Shown piece after piece: positions 17,033 to 25,347 of a DNA stretch of 32,000 bases (its first letter is position 1; each line of letters starts with the position of its first letter). The position numbers and the translations under genes are program-made. The stretch covers positions 4,346,497 through 4,378,496 of the forward strand of contig NC_003902.1 in assembly GCF_000007145.1 (NCBI RefSeq), given 5' to 3'. This stretch comes from Xanthomonas campestris pv. campestris str. ATCC 33913 (GTDB lineage Bacteria > Pseudomonadota > Gammaproteobacteria > Xanthomonadales > Xanthomonadaceae). The notes beneath the pieces were generated by a model that saw only the letters and a list, made by a program, of their open reading frames with translations, made no database searches and was not told the origin of the DNA.

Positions 17033-18460
17033 CTACGCCGGCGGTGCCTGCAACAGCTGGCCCAGATCCGCGACAAATCCGCGGTAGCCGGCGTCGCGCG
17101 CCGACGGCGTGCCCTGCCGCAAGACCCAGGATGGATGCACCGTGGCCAGCACCGGTGTGCCATCGTCCAAACGCTGCCATTGCCCGCGTTCCTGCATCAA
17201 GCGAAAGCCCGGCCCCAATACCGCCTGCGCCGCCGTCGCGCCCAGGCACACAATCTGTGCGGGCCGCAGCTGCGCACGCTCGGCCTGTAACCAGCCATTG
17301 CACGCCTGCACATGGCTGCGTTCGGGATTGCGATGCAAGCGGCGCTTGCCGCGTTGCTCGAAACGGAAATGCTTCACCGCATTGGTGACATAGAAACGCT
17401 GCCGATCGATCCCCAGCTCACCGAGTGCCTGATTGAACAAGCGCCCGGCCGGGCCCACAAACGGCCGCCCGCTCAGATCCTCTTCGTCGCCCGGCTGCTC
17501 GCCGATCACCATCACCGCCGCGTCGTCCGGCCCTTCGCCGAACACCGTCTGTGTTGCCGGCTGCCATAGGTCGCAGCGCCGGCAATCGCGCGCGGCCACG
17601 CGCAGCTGCGCAAGACTCTGCGCAGCCACGGCTGGTAGCGCCGCAGGCGCTGCCGGCACCCGTCGCCGCACCGGCTCGGGCGCGCGTTCAGCCATCTCGC
17701 GCACACGCACGCCGGCCTCGCGGATCAGCTCCGGCAGCAGCGTGGCCTCGGGCAGGTTCTTCCAGTATTTCTGCGGCATTTCCTGCCGCATCATGGTGGG
17801 ATTGAGCCGCGCCGGATTGAAGATGTGCGCGTAGTAGGTCCGCCACAGCGTTTCCTGCGCATCGTCGGCGGGCACCTGGTTGCGCGCCGCGCCCTCGCCA
17901 AACGTCAACGCTTCGCCATCCCAGCGCACGCTGCGGTACGGCGTGAGAATCGCCCAACGCATGCCGGCAAACCGCCGCGCAAAGAACGGCGCCACGCGGT
18001 CCAGGATCCAGTGTTCGGGCTCGAACCAGGCCACGAATTCTTCTTCCTCACCCGGCAAGCGCCGGAAGCGCACAAAGGCCTTCATCTTGTGCGAATCGCG
18101 CTGCACGGCCTTCTGCCACTGCATCACCCGATGCACATCCACATCGGTGGCCCGCTCCAGCAACGCCCGCTCACCGGACGCAATCCGCCACAACAACCGG
18201 TACAGCACCGCATGCCGCTGCACATCGCGATGGCACAACACCGCCGACGCCAGCTGCAGAAACTCCGCAGACACCCGCGGCCCCGCCACCACCGCCGGCA
18301 AATCCAGCACCCCCTGCCCCATCAACAACCCACCCTGCGCGCCCCCATTCCAGTCCATCGCATCCGGCCCCACCTGCGCACACCACCCCGCCCGCGCCAA
18401 CGCACGCCACGCATCAAGACTCCAACCTGGCTCAACTTCAGCGCTGAACATCGCTTGCAC
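17033..18460 (-). CDS. DUF4130-like domain fused to a UdgX-type (family-4-like) uracil-DNA glycosylase superfamily domain
   Basis: - 475 aa, or 472 aa from the ATG at 18451, which has an AGGTG Shine-Dalgarno.
- The C-terminal half carries VMVIGEQPGDEEDLSGRPFVGPAGRLF (motif A, nt 17489-17503 for GEQPG).
- It also carries NAVKHFRFEQRGKRRLHRNP (KRRLH at nt 17333-17347) and ATVHPSWVLR (motif B).
- The N-terminal roughly 250 aa resembles the protein family genomically linked to the radical-SAM partner. Confidence 0.85.
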   Translation of the reverse strand: MQAMFSAEVEPGWSLDAWRALARAGWCAQVGPDAMDWNGGAQGGLLMGQGVLDLPAVVAGPRVSAEFLQLASAVLCHRDVQRHAVLYRLLWRIASGERALLERATDVDVHRVMQWQKAVQRDSHKMKAFVRFRRLPGEEEEFVAWFEPEHWILDRVAPFFARRFAGMRWAILTPYRSVRWDGEALTFGEGAARNQVPADDAQETLWRTYYAHIFNPARLNPTMMRQEMPQKYWKNLPEATLLPELIREAGVRVREMAERAPEPVRRRVPAAPAALPAVAAQSLAQLRVAARDCRRCDLWQPATQTVFGEGPDDAAVMVIGEQPGDEEDLSGRPFVGPAGRLFNQALGELGIDRQRFYVTNAVKHFRFEQRGKRRLHRNPERSHVQACNGWLQAERAQLRPAQIVCLGATAAQAVLGPGFRLMQERGQWQRLDDGTPVLATVHPSWVLRQGTPSARDAGYRGFVADLGQLLQAPPA

Positions 18461-18580
18461 CTGACCTCAAGATTTCCGATTTCGCCAGCGCTCTACTGGC
18501 AGCACTCTCGTCGCGTTGTTGCGATTTTTTCGCGGGCTTTTGCGGTTATTGCTGCTACTGATACGGCTGATTGCTTGTTG

Positions 18581-18615
18581 CGTGTCGCGTGTCGCGTGTC
18601 GCGTGTCGCGTGTCG
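18581..18615. repeat. Perfect heptanucleotide microsatellite (CGTGTCG)x5
   Basis: Read directly. It lies inside the spacer between the UdgX-like and radical-SAM genes. Confidence 0.95.
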
Positions 18616-18916
18616 CAGGTGATTTTGCTTCACCAAGTCGCCTTGGAGCGAGCCGCGCACCGCAGCCATGCGTGGCCGAAGAGGCGCCCTGTCTGAGCGC
18701 AGCGAGTTTGGGCGCCGTGCCGCGTATGGCGAGGAGCACAGGGCAATGGTGCGGCTGTATCGCACCGGATCACGTCAGGCGAAATGGTTGTGGTGACTTT
18801 TGCCGAAACAAAAGTGACTCGCGCCGACAGGCGCGAAAGCTCTGCACTTAATGAGTCGAACAAGACACAAGCACCCATGATCGCGCGCAACCGTACCCTC
18901 ATCCGCCCTTCGGGCA

Positions 18917-18937
18917 CCTTCTCCCGACGGGAGAAGG
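18917..18937 (-). terminator. Hairpin 8 nt downstream of the radical-SAM gene stop
   Basis: 9-bp stem CCTTCTCCC / GGGAGAAGG with a 3-nt loop and no U-run. From memory, the sequence resembles a motif recurrent in Xanthomonas intergenic DNA. Confidence 0.3.
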
Positions 18938-18945
18938 GACCGGCG

Positions 18946-20190
18946 TCAATCGAACAAACTTGCCTGCCGCGGCGCAGGCGCCAACTGCGCCCGCAACCGC
19001 GCTGGATCATCCAACCGCTGCCGCGGATGATGATCCAGCACACTCACAAACGGCAGCAGCTTCTTCATCGGCACCCGCAACCGCGCCAGATCTCCCACCC
19101 GCAACCGCGCATGCCGCCGCGACAACAACAACCGCTCTACATTGCGCGTGCCCAGGCCCGGCACCCGCAACAACATCTCGCGCGGCGCCTGATTCAAGTC
19201 CACAGGAAACCGCTCCGGATTGCGCAGCGCCCAGGCCAGCTTCGGGTCAACGTCCAGGTCCAGCATGCCGCTGGACTGCGACGGCGCGATTTCTTCCACG
19301 CTGAATTCGTAGAAACGCAGCAACCAATCGGCCTGATACAGCCGATGCTCGCGTTGCAGCGGCGGTGCCTGCAGCGGCAGCTTGGAGGAGGCATCCGGGA
19401 TCGGGCTGAAGGCCGAGTAATACACCCGGCGCATCCGGTAATTGCCGTAAAGATTGTGGCTGGTGTCCAGGATGCTGCGATCGTTGGCACCGTCGGCACC
19501 CACAATCATCTGCGTGCTCTGCCCGGCCGGCGCAAACCTGGGCGGCTTGGCGCGGCGCACTTTCTCGGCCTTGCGCTCCAGCTGGTTTTCTTCGATGCGC
19601 CAGCGTAGCTCACCCATCGCTGCGCGGATGCCGCCTACGCTCTTTTCCGGCGCCAGCTGGGTCAGCCCCTGCTCGGTCGGCAATTCGATATTGATGCTCA
19701 GACGATCGGCGTAGCGGCCGGCGGCGGCCAGCAATTCCGGCGACGCATCGGGGATGGTCTTGAGGTGGATGTAACCGGCGAAGTGATGCTCTTCGCGCAG
19801 CTGCCGCGCCACTTCCACCAACTGCTCCATGGTGTAGTCGGAATTGCGGATGATGCCGCTGGACAGGAACAGTCCTTCGATGTAATTGCGCTTGTAGAAA
19901 TCCAGCGTGAGCGTCACCACTTCTTCCGGCGTGAAGCGCGCGCGGCGCACGTTGCTAGACACCCGATTGACGCAGTACGCACAATCGAACACGCAGAAGT
20001 TGGTGAGCAGGATCTTCAGCAGCGACACGCAGCGGCCGTCGGGCGTGTACGAGTGGCAGATGCCCATGCCCTCGGTACTGCCGATGCCCCCGGTGCCGAG
20101 CGAATTGCGCTTGTTGGCGCCACTGGAGGCGCAGGACGCGTCGTACTTGGCGGCGTCGGCGAGGACAGCGAGCTTGTCGAGGAGTTTCAC
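18946..20190 (-). CDS. Putative DNA modification/repair radical SAM protein with a C-terminal helix-hairpin-helix region
   Basis: GTG start, 414 aa. The N-terminus is LAVLADAAKYDASCASSG. The radical-SAM cluster motif is C66-VFD-C70-AY-C73 (nt 19972-19995). The C-terminal HhH-like segment is LLRVPGLGTRNVERLLLSRR. Confidence 0.85.
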   Translation of the reverse strand: MKLLDKLAVLADAAKYDASCASSGANKRNSLGTGGIGSTEGMGICHSYTPDGRCVSLLKILLTNFCVFDCAYCVNRVSSNVRRARFTPEEVVTLTLDFYKRNYIEGLFLSSGIIRNSDYTMEQLVEVARQLREEHHFAGYIHLKTIPDASPELLAAAGRYADRLSINIELPTEQGLTQLAPEKSVGGIRAAMGELRWRIEENQLERKAEKVRRAKPPRFAPAGQSTQMIVGADGANDRSILDTSHNLYGNYRMRRVYYSAFSPIPDASSKLPLQAPPLQREHRLYQADWLLRFYEFSVEEIAPSQSSGMLDLDVDPKLAWALRNPERFPVDLNQAPREMLLRVPGLGTRNVERLLLSRRHARLRVGDLARLRVPMKKLLPFVSVLDHHPRQRLDDPARLRAQLAPAPRQASLFD

Positions 20191-20211
20191 CCAGACAGCA
20201 TGCCGGTTTGC

Positions 20212-20228
20212 GTCTCACTCCGTGAGAC
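20212..20228. promoter_or_regulatory. Palindrome GTCTCAC-N3-GTGAGAC upstream of the radical-SAM gene
   Basis: 7-bp perfect inverted arms lie 22-38 nt upstream of the GTG at 20190. A second inverted repeat, GCCCTGA-N13-TCAGGGC, lies at 20233-20259. Confidence 0.3.
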
Positions 20229-20431
20229 TGGCGCCCTGAGCCGGTGAACCCTTCAGGGCTGGCGCGCCATGCAGCGCGCCGCGCCTGTTCACCTCATGCG
20301 GCATCACCGTGATGCGGCCCTGCGTGAAGCCCGCCGCTCACGCATCGCGGCGCGGCACTTGGTAACGATGGCCATGCGGCAGCCATCCAACCACTGAGTC
20401 GATCTCATGAACAGCACCCCCGCACGCCCGA

Positions 20432-21250
20432 TTACGCAGCCACCGGTTGGTCCACCGCCGGCGCACCATCGAAGCGGTAGATATCCATGCCGATCAGGCC
20501 CTGATCGATGCCGGCGTCGATGCGCTGCGCACCGAGCCGGTCGCCACCGGCCGCGCCCATCGCCACGTACAACGGCAACAGATGCTCGTCGGTGGGATGC
20601 GCACGCGCGGCGTGCGGTGCCTGGCGCCGGTAATCGAGCAACGCGGGTACGTCGTCGTCGGCCAGCCTGCGCTCGGTCCAATCGATGAACGGGCGCACAT
20701 ACGGCGCCTCGCGCTCGGCGCTATAGCCCTGGTGCAGGTCGTGCAGGTTGTGGGTGATGCTGCCCGAGCCGATCACCAGCACGCCTTCCGCACGTAGCGG
20801 CGCCAGCGCGCGACCCACCGCAAACTGGTGGGCCGGGCCCAGTTCCGGCTGGATCGACAGCGGCACCACCGGGATGTCGGCCTGCGGGTAGAGCATGCGC
20901 AGCGGCACCCAGATGCCGTGGTCGAGGCCGCGCTGCGGGTCCTGATGCGGATGCAGGCCGGCCAGTTCCAGCAGGCGCGTCACCTGCTGCGCCAACGCCG
21001 GGGCACCCGGCGCCGGATACTCGATCTCGTACAACGGCGGCGGGAAACCGCCGAAATCGTGAATGGTGACGGGTTTGGAGGCAGCACCCACCAGCGGCCG
21101 CCGTGCCAACCAGTGCGCGCTGGCCACCACGATCGCGCGCGGGCGCGGCAGGCCCTGCGCCAGCGCGGCCAGTTGCGTCCCCAGCTCGCCCGGCCGCAGC
21201 GCGGTCATGGGCGAGCCATGCGAGATGTACAGCGAGGGCAGGACGGACAT
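20432..21250 (-). CDS. ygiD: 4,5-DOPA dioxygenase extradiol-like (YgiD family, class III extradiol dioxygenase)
   Basis: The internal ATG at 21250 gives 272 aa: MSVLPSLYISHGSP...DHGIWVPL...VIGSGSITHNL...HPTDEHLLPLYVA. Confidence 0.8.
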   Translation of the reverse strand: MSVLPSLYISHGSPMTALRPGELGTQLAALAQGLPRPRAIVVASAHWLARRPLVGAASKPVTIHDFGGFPPPLYEIEYPAPGAPALAQQVTRLLELAGLHPHQDPQRGLDHGIWVPLRMLYPQADIPVVPLSIQPELGPAHQFAVGRALAPLRAEGVLVIGSGSITHNLHDLHQGYSAEREAPYVRPFIDWTERRLADDDVPALLDYRRQAPHAARAHPTDEHLLPLYVAMGAAGGDRLGAQRIDAGIDQGLIGMDIYRFDGAPAVDQPVAA

Positions 21251-21312
21251 GGGCGAACTCCGGGGCGGCGCCGGTATGGCAGCCAAGGTGCACAGGGTAT
21301 GCGGTGCAAAAA

Positions 21313-21339
21313 TCGGATAAACCGCGCCAATTCGGATAA
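21313..21339. promoter_or_regulatory. Direct repeat TCGGATAA-N11-TCGGATAA in the AT-rich divergent ygiD/lysR promoter region
   Basis: The copies lie at 21313-21320 and 21332-21339 (19-bp period), followed by ATAATTTAT. This is a plausible LysR-type operator region, from pattern only. Confidence 0.35.
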
Positions 21340-21371
21340 TTTATTGCGACTACGGCAACAATCGACCGCCA

Positions 21372-22307
21372 ATGGATACCCTGGATGCAATGCGCGTGTT
21401 CGTGGCGGTAGCCGAGCGCAGCGGTTTCAGCGCCGCCGCCGATGCACTGGACCGCTCCACTGCCAACATCACCCGGCAGGTGGCCGCGCTGGAACAACGG
21501 CTGGGCACCCGCCTGCTCAACCGCACCACCCGGCGGGTCAGCCTGACCAGCGCCGGCACCGCCTATTACCAGCGCTGCCTGCAGCTGCTGGCCGACCTGG
21601 ACGACCTGGAAGCCACGGTGGGCGCGCAGGCGCTGGCGCCATCCGGGCTGCTGCGGGTCAACGCGCCGGTGAGTTTCGGCATCGTGCAGTTGGCCGCCTT
21701 GCTGCCCGGCTTCCGCGCGCGTTTCCCGCAGGTGGAACTGGACCTGTCGCTGTCCGACCGCCTGGTGGACATGGTCGAAGAAGGCTTCGATGTCGCGCTG
21801 CGCATCACCCGCCAGCCCGCGCCCACCCTGATTGCCCGGCAGCTGGGCACGGTGCGACTGGTGCCCTGCGCGGCCCCGGCCTATCTGGCACGCGCAGGCA
21901 CCCCGCAGCATCCGGCCGACCTGGCCGGCCACGAATGCCTGCTGTATCACTACGCGCCCACCGGCGACGATGTGCGCTTTCACGGGCCCGACGGCGATAT
22001 CGACGTGCGCCTGCGCGGTGGCCTGCGCGCCAACAACGGCCACGTGCTGAGCGCGGCCGCAGTGGCTGGCCAGGGGGTGGTGATCCAGCCGGATTTCCTC
22101 GCCGACGAGCACATCGCTGCCGGCCGCCTGGTGCGCATCCTGCCCGACTACCACCTGGCCGACATCGGCATCTATGCGGTGTACACCAGCCGCAGCCACC
22201 TGGCGCCGAAGGTGCGCAGCTTCATCGACTACCTGGTGGAACACATCGGCGACCCAGCCCCGGGCCTGGCGGCCTCGGCAACAGTTCGTCCCGCCCGCGG
22301 TCATTAA
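21372..22307 (+). CDS. LysR-family transcriptional regulator
   Basis: 311 aa with the N-terminal wHTH MDTLDAMRVFVAVAERSGFSAAADALDRSTANITRQVAALEQRLGTRLLNRTTR and a LysR substrate-binding domain. Confidence 0.9.
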   Translation: MDTLDAMRVFVAVAERSGFSAAADALDRSTANITRQVAALEQRLGTRLLNRTTRRVSLTSAGTAYYQRCLQLLADLDDLEATVGAQALAPSGLLRVNAPVSFGIVQLAALLPGFRARFPQVELDLSLSDRLVDMVEEGFDVALRITRQPAPTLIARQLGTVRLVPCAAPAYLARAGTPQHPADLAGHECLLYHYAPTGDDVRFHGPDGDIDVRLRGGLRANNGHVLSAAAVAGQGVVIQPDFLADEHIAAGRLVRILPDYHLADIGIYAVYTSRSHLAPKVRSFIDYLVEHIGDPAPGLAASATVRPARGH

Positions 22308-22360
22308 TCTGCACGCTGGCGCGTGCTTCCATGGGCGCTTCCCTTAACCCAGGAGTGCAC

Positions 22361-22930
22361 ATGACCAAGATCGCCATCGTCTATTTCAGTGGCTACGGCC
22401 ATACCGTCAAGCAGGCCGAGGCTGTGCACGCCGGTGCCGCCAGCGTTGGCGAGGCCACGCTGTACCGCATCGACCAGGACGGCAACCTGCCCGACGAGGC
22501 CTGGGAAGCGATCGGCGCGGCCGATGCCATCATCTACGGCAGCCCCACCTACATGGGCGGGCCGGCCTGGCAGTTCAAGAAGTTCGCCGATGTCAGTTCC
22601 AAGCCGTGGTTCACGCAGGCGTGGAAGGACAAGGTCGCCGCCGGCTTCACCAACTCGGCCTCGGTGAACGGCGACAAGTACGCCACCATCCAGTACTTCT
22701 GGACCCTGTCGCAGCAGCATGGCCAGGTCTGGGTCGGCACCGGCCTGCCGCCGTCCAACACCAAGGCGCACGGCCCGCAGGACATCAACTGGACCGCCGG
22801 CTGGGGCGGTGCACTGGCCATCTCGCCCTCGGACGCATCGCCGGAGGAAGCACCGCGCAGCGGCGATCTGGAAACCGCAAAGTTGCTCGGCAAGCGCGTG
22901 GCTGACATCGCCGCCAAGCTCAAGGGCTGA
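22361..22930 (+). CDS. Flavodoxin-like NAD(P)H:quinone oxidoreductase (WrbA-like)
   Basis: AGGAG Shine-Dalgarno at 22351-22355, 189 aa: MTKIAIVYFSGYGHT...IIYGSPTYMGGPAWQFKKF. Only the last 189 codons of the listed 700-aa ORF are credible. Confidence 0.8.
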   Translation: MTKIAIVYFSGYGHTVKQAEAVHAGAASVGEATLYRIDQDGNLPDEAWEAIGAADAIIYGSPTYMGGPAWQFKKFADVSSKPWFTQAWKDKVAAGFTNSASVNGDKYATIQYFWTLSQQHGQVWVGTGLPPSNTKAHGPQDINWTAGWGGALAISPSDASPEEAPRSGDLETAKLLGKRVADIAAKLKG

Positions 22931-22940
22931 TCCAGTGCAG

Positions 22941-22971
22941 GGCCAGACATGTGCTGTGTGCATGCCTGGCC
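22941..22971 (+). terminator. Hairpin after the WrbA-like gene
   Basis: GGCCAGACATG / CATGCCTGGCC forms an 11-bp stem with one mismatch and a 9-nt loop. Only TT follows. Confidence 0.35.
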
Positions 22972-23440
22972 TTGCGCGCAGTCCGTTGCGGCGTTGATTG
23001 CGGCGCTGCGCGCAGGTTGTGACGTTGTAAGTGCGGGTGGTCGCGCGTCGCGCGGTAGCCGGCCTGCAGGCGGAGCATTGCAGTTGTTGTGCACGTGCGC
23101 CGCAGCAGTCAATGGTACGCAAACGAGAAATGCACGGTGTCGCTGTAGACCAATGGCGCTGCTGCGTCGTGGTCGTTGCGGACTTGACGCATTTCGATCG
23201 CGAAAGGTCGCCACCGCACACTGCCGTTCGACCTCTGCCGCATTGATCGCACCTCACGCCCCCACAACCGCAACACCAGGGGCGCAGCGCGCGCATGCCG
23301 CTCAGCGGTCACCACACGCACCTGATTGACACCCGCATCGCATGTCCACGTTGGGCACGCCCGATCAACGGGCCACGCCGCACTAACACCCCGCGCGCGA
23401 TCCTGCCGCCCTCTCACCCCTGCACGGAGTTTCCCCCACC

Positions 23441-24436
<996 letters not shown>

Positions 24437-24446
24437 GCCACACCAA

Positions 24447-24469
24447 GCGTCCGCAGGCGCTGCGGACGC
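24447..24469 (+). terminator. Hairpin 10 nt after the AKR stop
   Basis: 10-bp stem GCGTCCGCAG / CTGCGGACGC with loop GCG and no U-run. Confidence 0.35.
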
Positions 24470-24540
24470 GTCAGCTCACGCCATGGCCCGCGCATCCCCT
24501 GCACACTGCGCGGGTCGTTAGGCCACCGAGTGCAACTGCA

Positions 24541-25236
24541 ATGCTCTCCTGCGTGATTCCCGCCCATGACGAGGCCGCGTTGATCGGGCAGACGCTGCAG
24601 TGCCTGCATGCCTGCGCGCAGGCCATGCAACTGGACTACGAAGCCATCGTGGTGGCCGATGCCTGCAGCGACGACACCGCGGCGATCGCGCGTGCCAACG
24701 GCGCTAGCGTGATCGAGGTGGAGTTGCGGCACATCGCCGCCACCCGCAATGCCGGCGCCCAGGCCGCCCAAGGTGATCGCCTGCTGTTTCTGGATGCCGA
24801 TACGCAGGTGAATCCGCAGGTGATGGCCGCCGCGCTTGCGGCACTGGATGCCGGTGCGGTGGGCGGTGGCGCGCGCGTGCACCTGCATGGCAAGCGCGTG
24901 TGGGTGGAGCGCATGGCCCAGGCCGTGTTCGGCTGGATCTTCCGGCTCAGCGGCATTGCGCCAGGCTGCTTTTTGTTCTGTACCCGCGCGGCATTCGCCA
25001 GCGCCGGCGGCTTCGATACGCGCTACTACGCCGGCGAAGATGTCGCGCTCAGCCGCAGCCTGGCGCGCTGCGGGCGTTTTGTGATCCTGCGCCAGACCGT
25101 GCACACCTCCGATCGCAAGCTGCGCAGTTTTTCCAAGCGCGAGCATGTGGGCTTGCTGTTGCGGTTCCTGTGGCGCGGGCGGCGCATGTTGCAGACCCGC
25201 GACGCGCTGGGCTTCTGGTATCAACGGCGGCGCTGA
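24541..25236 (+). CDS. Family 2 glycosyltransferase
   Basis: The internal ATG at 24541 gives 231 aa: MLSCVIPAHDEAALIGQTL..., the DxD-like motif FLDADT, and YAGEDVALS. The upstream 260 codons of the listed 491-aa ORF overlap the AKR gene out of frame. Confidence 0.75.
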   Translation: MLSCVIPAHDEAALIGQTLQCLHACAQAMQLDYEAIVVADACSDDTAAIARANGASVIEVELRHIAATRNAGAQAAQGDRLLFLDADTQVNPQVMAAALAALDAGAVGGGARVHLHGKRVWVERMAQAVFGWIFRLSGIAPGCFLFCTRAAFASAGGFDTRYYAGEDVALSRSLARCGRFVILRQTVHTSDRKLRSFSKREHVGLLLRFLWRGRRMLQTRDALGFWYQRRR

Positions 25237-25347
25237 ACCAGGCGTGTCCGCAAGACCCGTCCTCACGCGAACCACCCGCCAGAGCCAGGACGCGACTGCG
25301 CCAGAGACCTACACTGCGAAGTCTGTTCCGGTTTCGAGTTGCACCGC

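Noticed and set aside
20191-20431. Expected a LexA/SOS box upstream of the putative DNA-repair radical-SAM gene
   Set aside because: By eye there is no TTAG…CTAA-type Xanthomonad SOS motif and no CTGT-N8-ACAG motif. SOS control cannot be claimed from this sequence.
20721-22360. 527-aa minus ORF (20721-22304) and the first roughly 510 codons of the 700-aa plus ORF (20828-22930)
   Set aside because: Both overlap the well-supported ygiD and LysR genes in other frames or on the other strand. Only the last 189 codons of the 700-aa ORF (from the ATG at 22361, which has an AGGAG Shine-Dalgarno) encode the flavodoxin-like protein.
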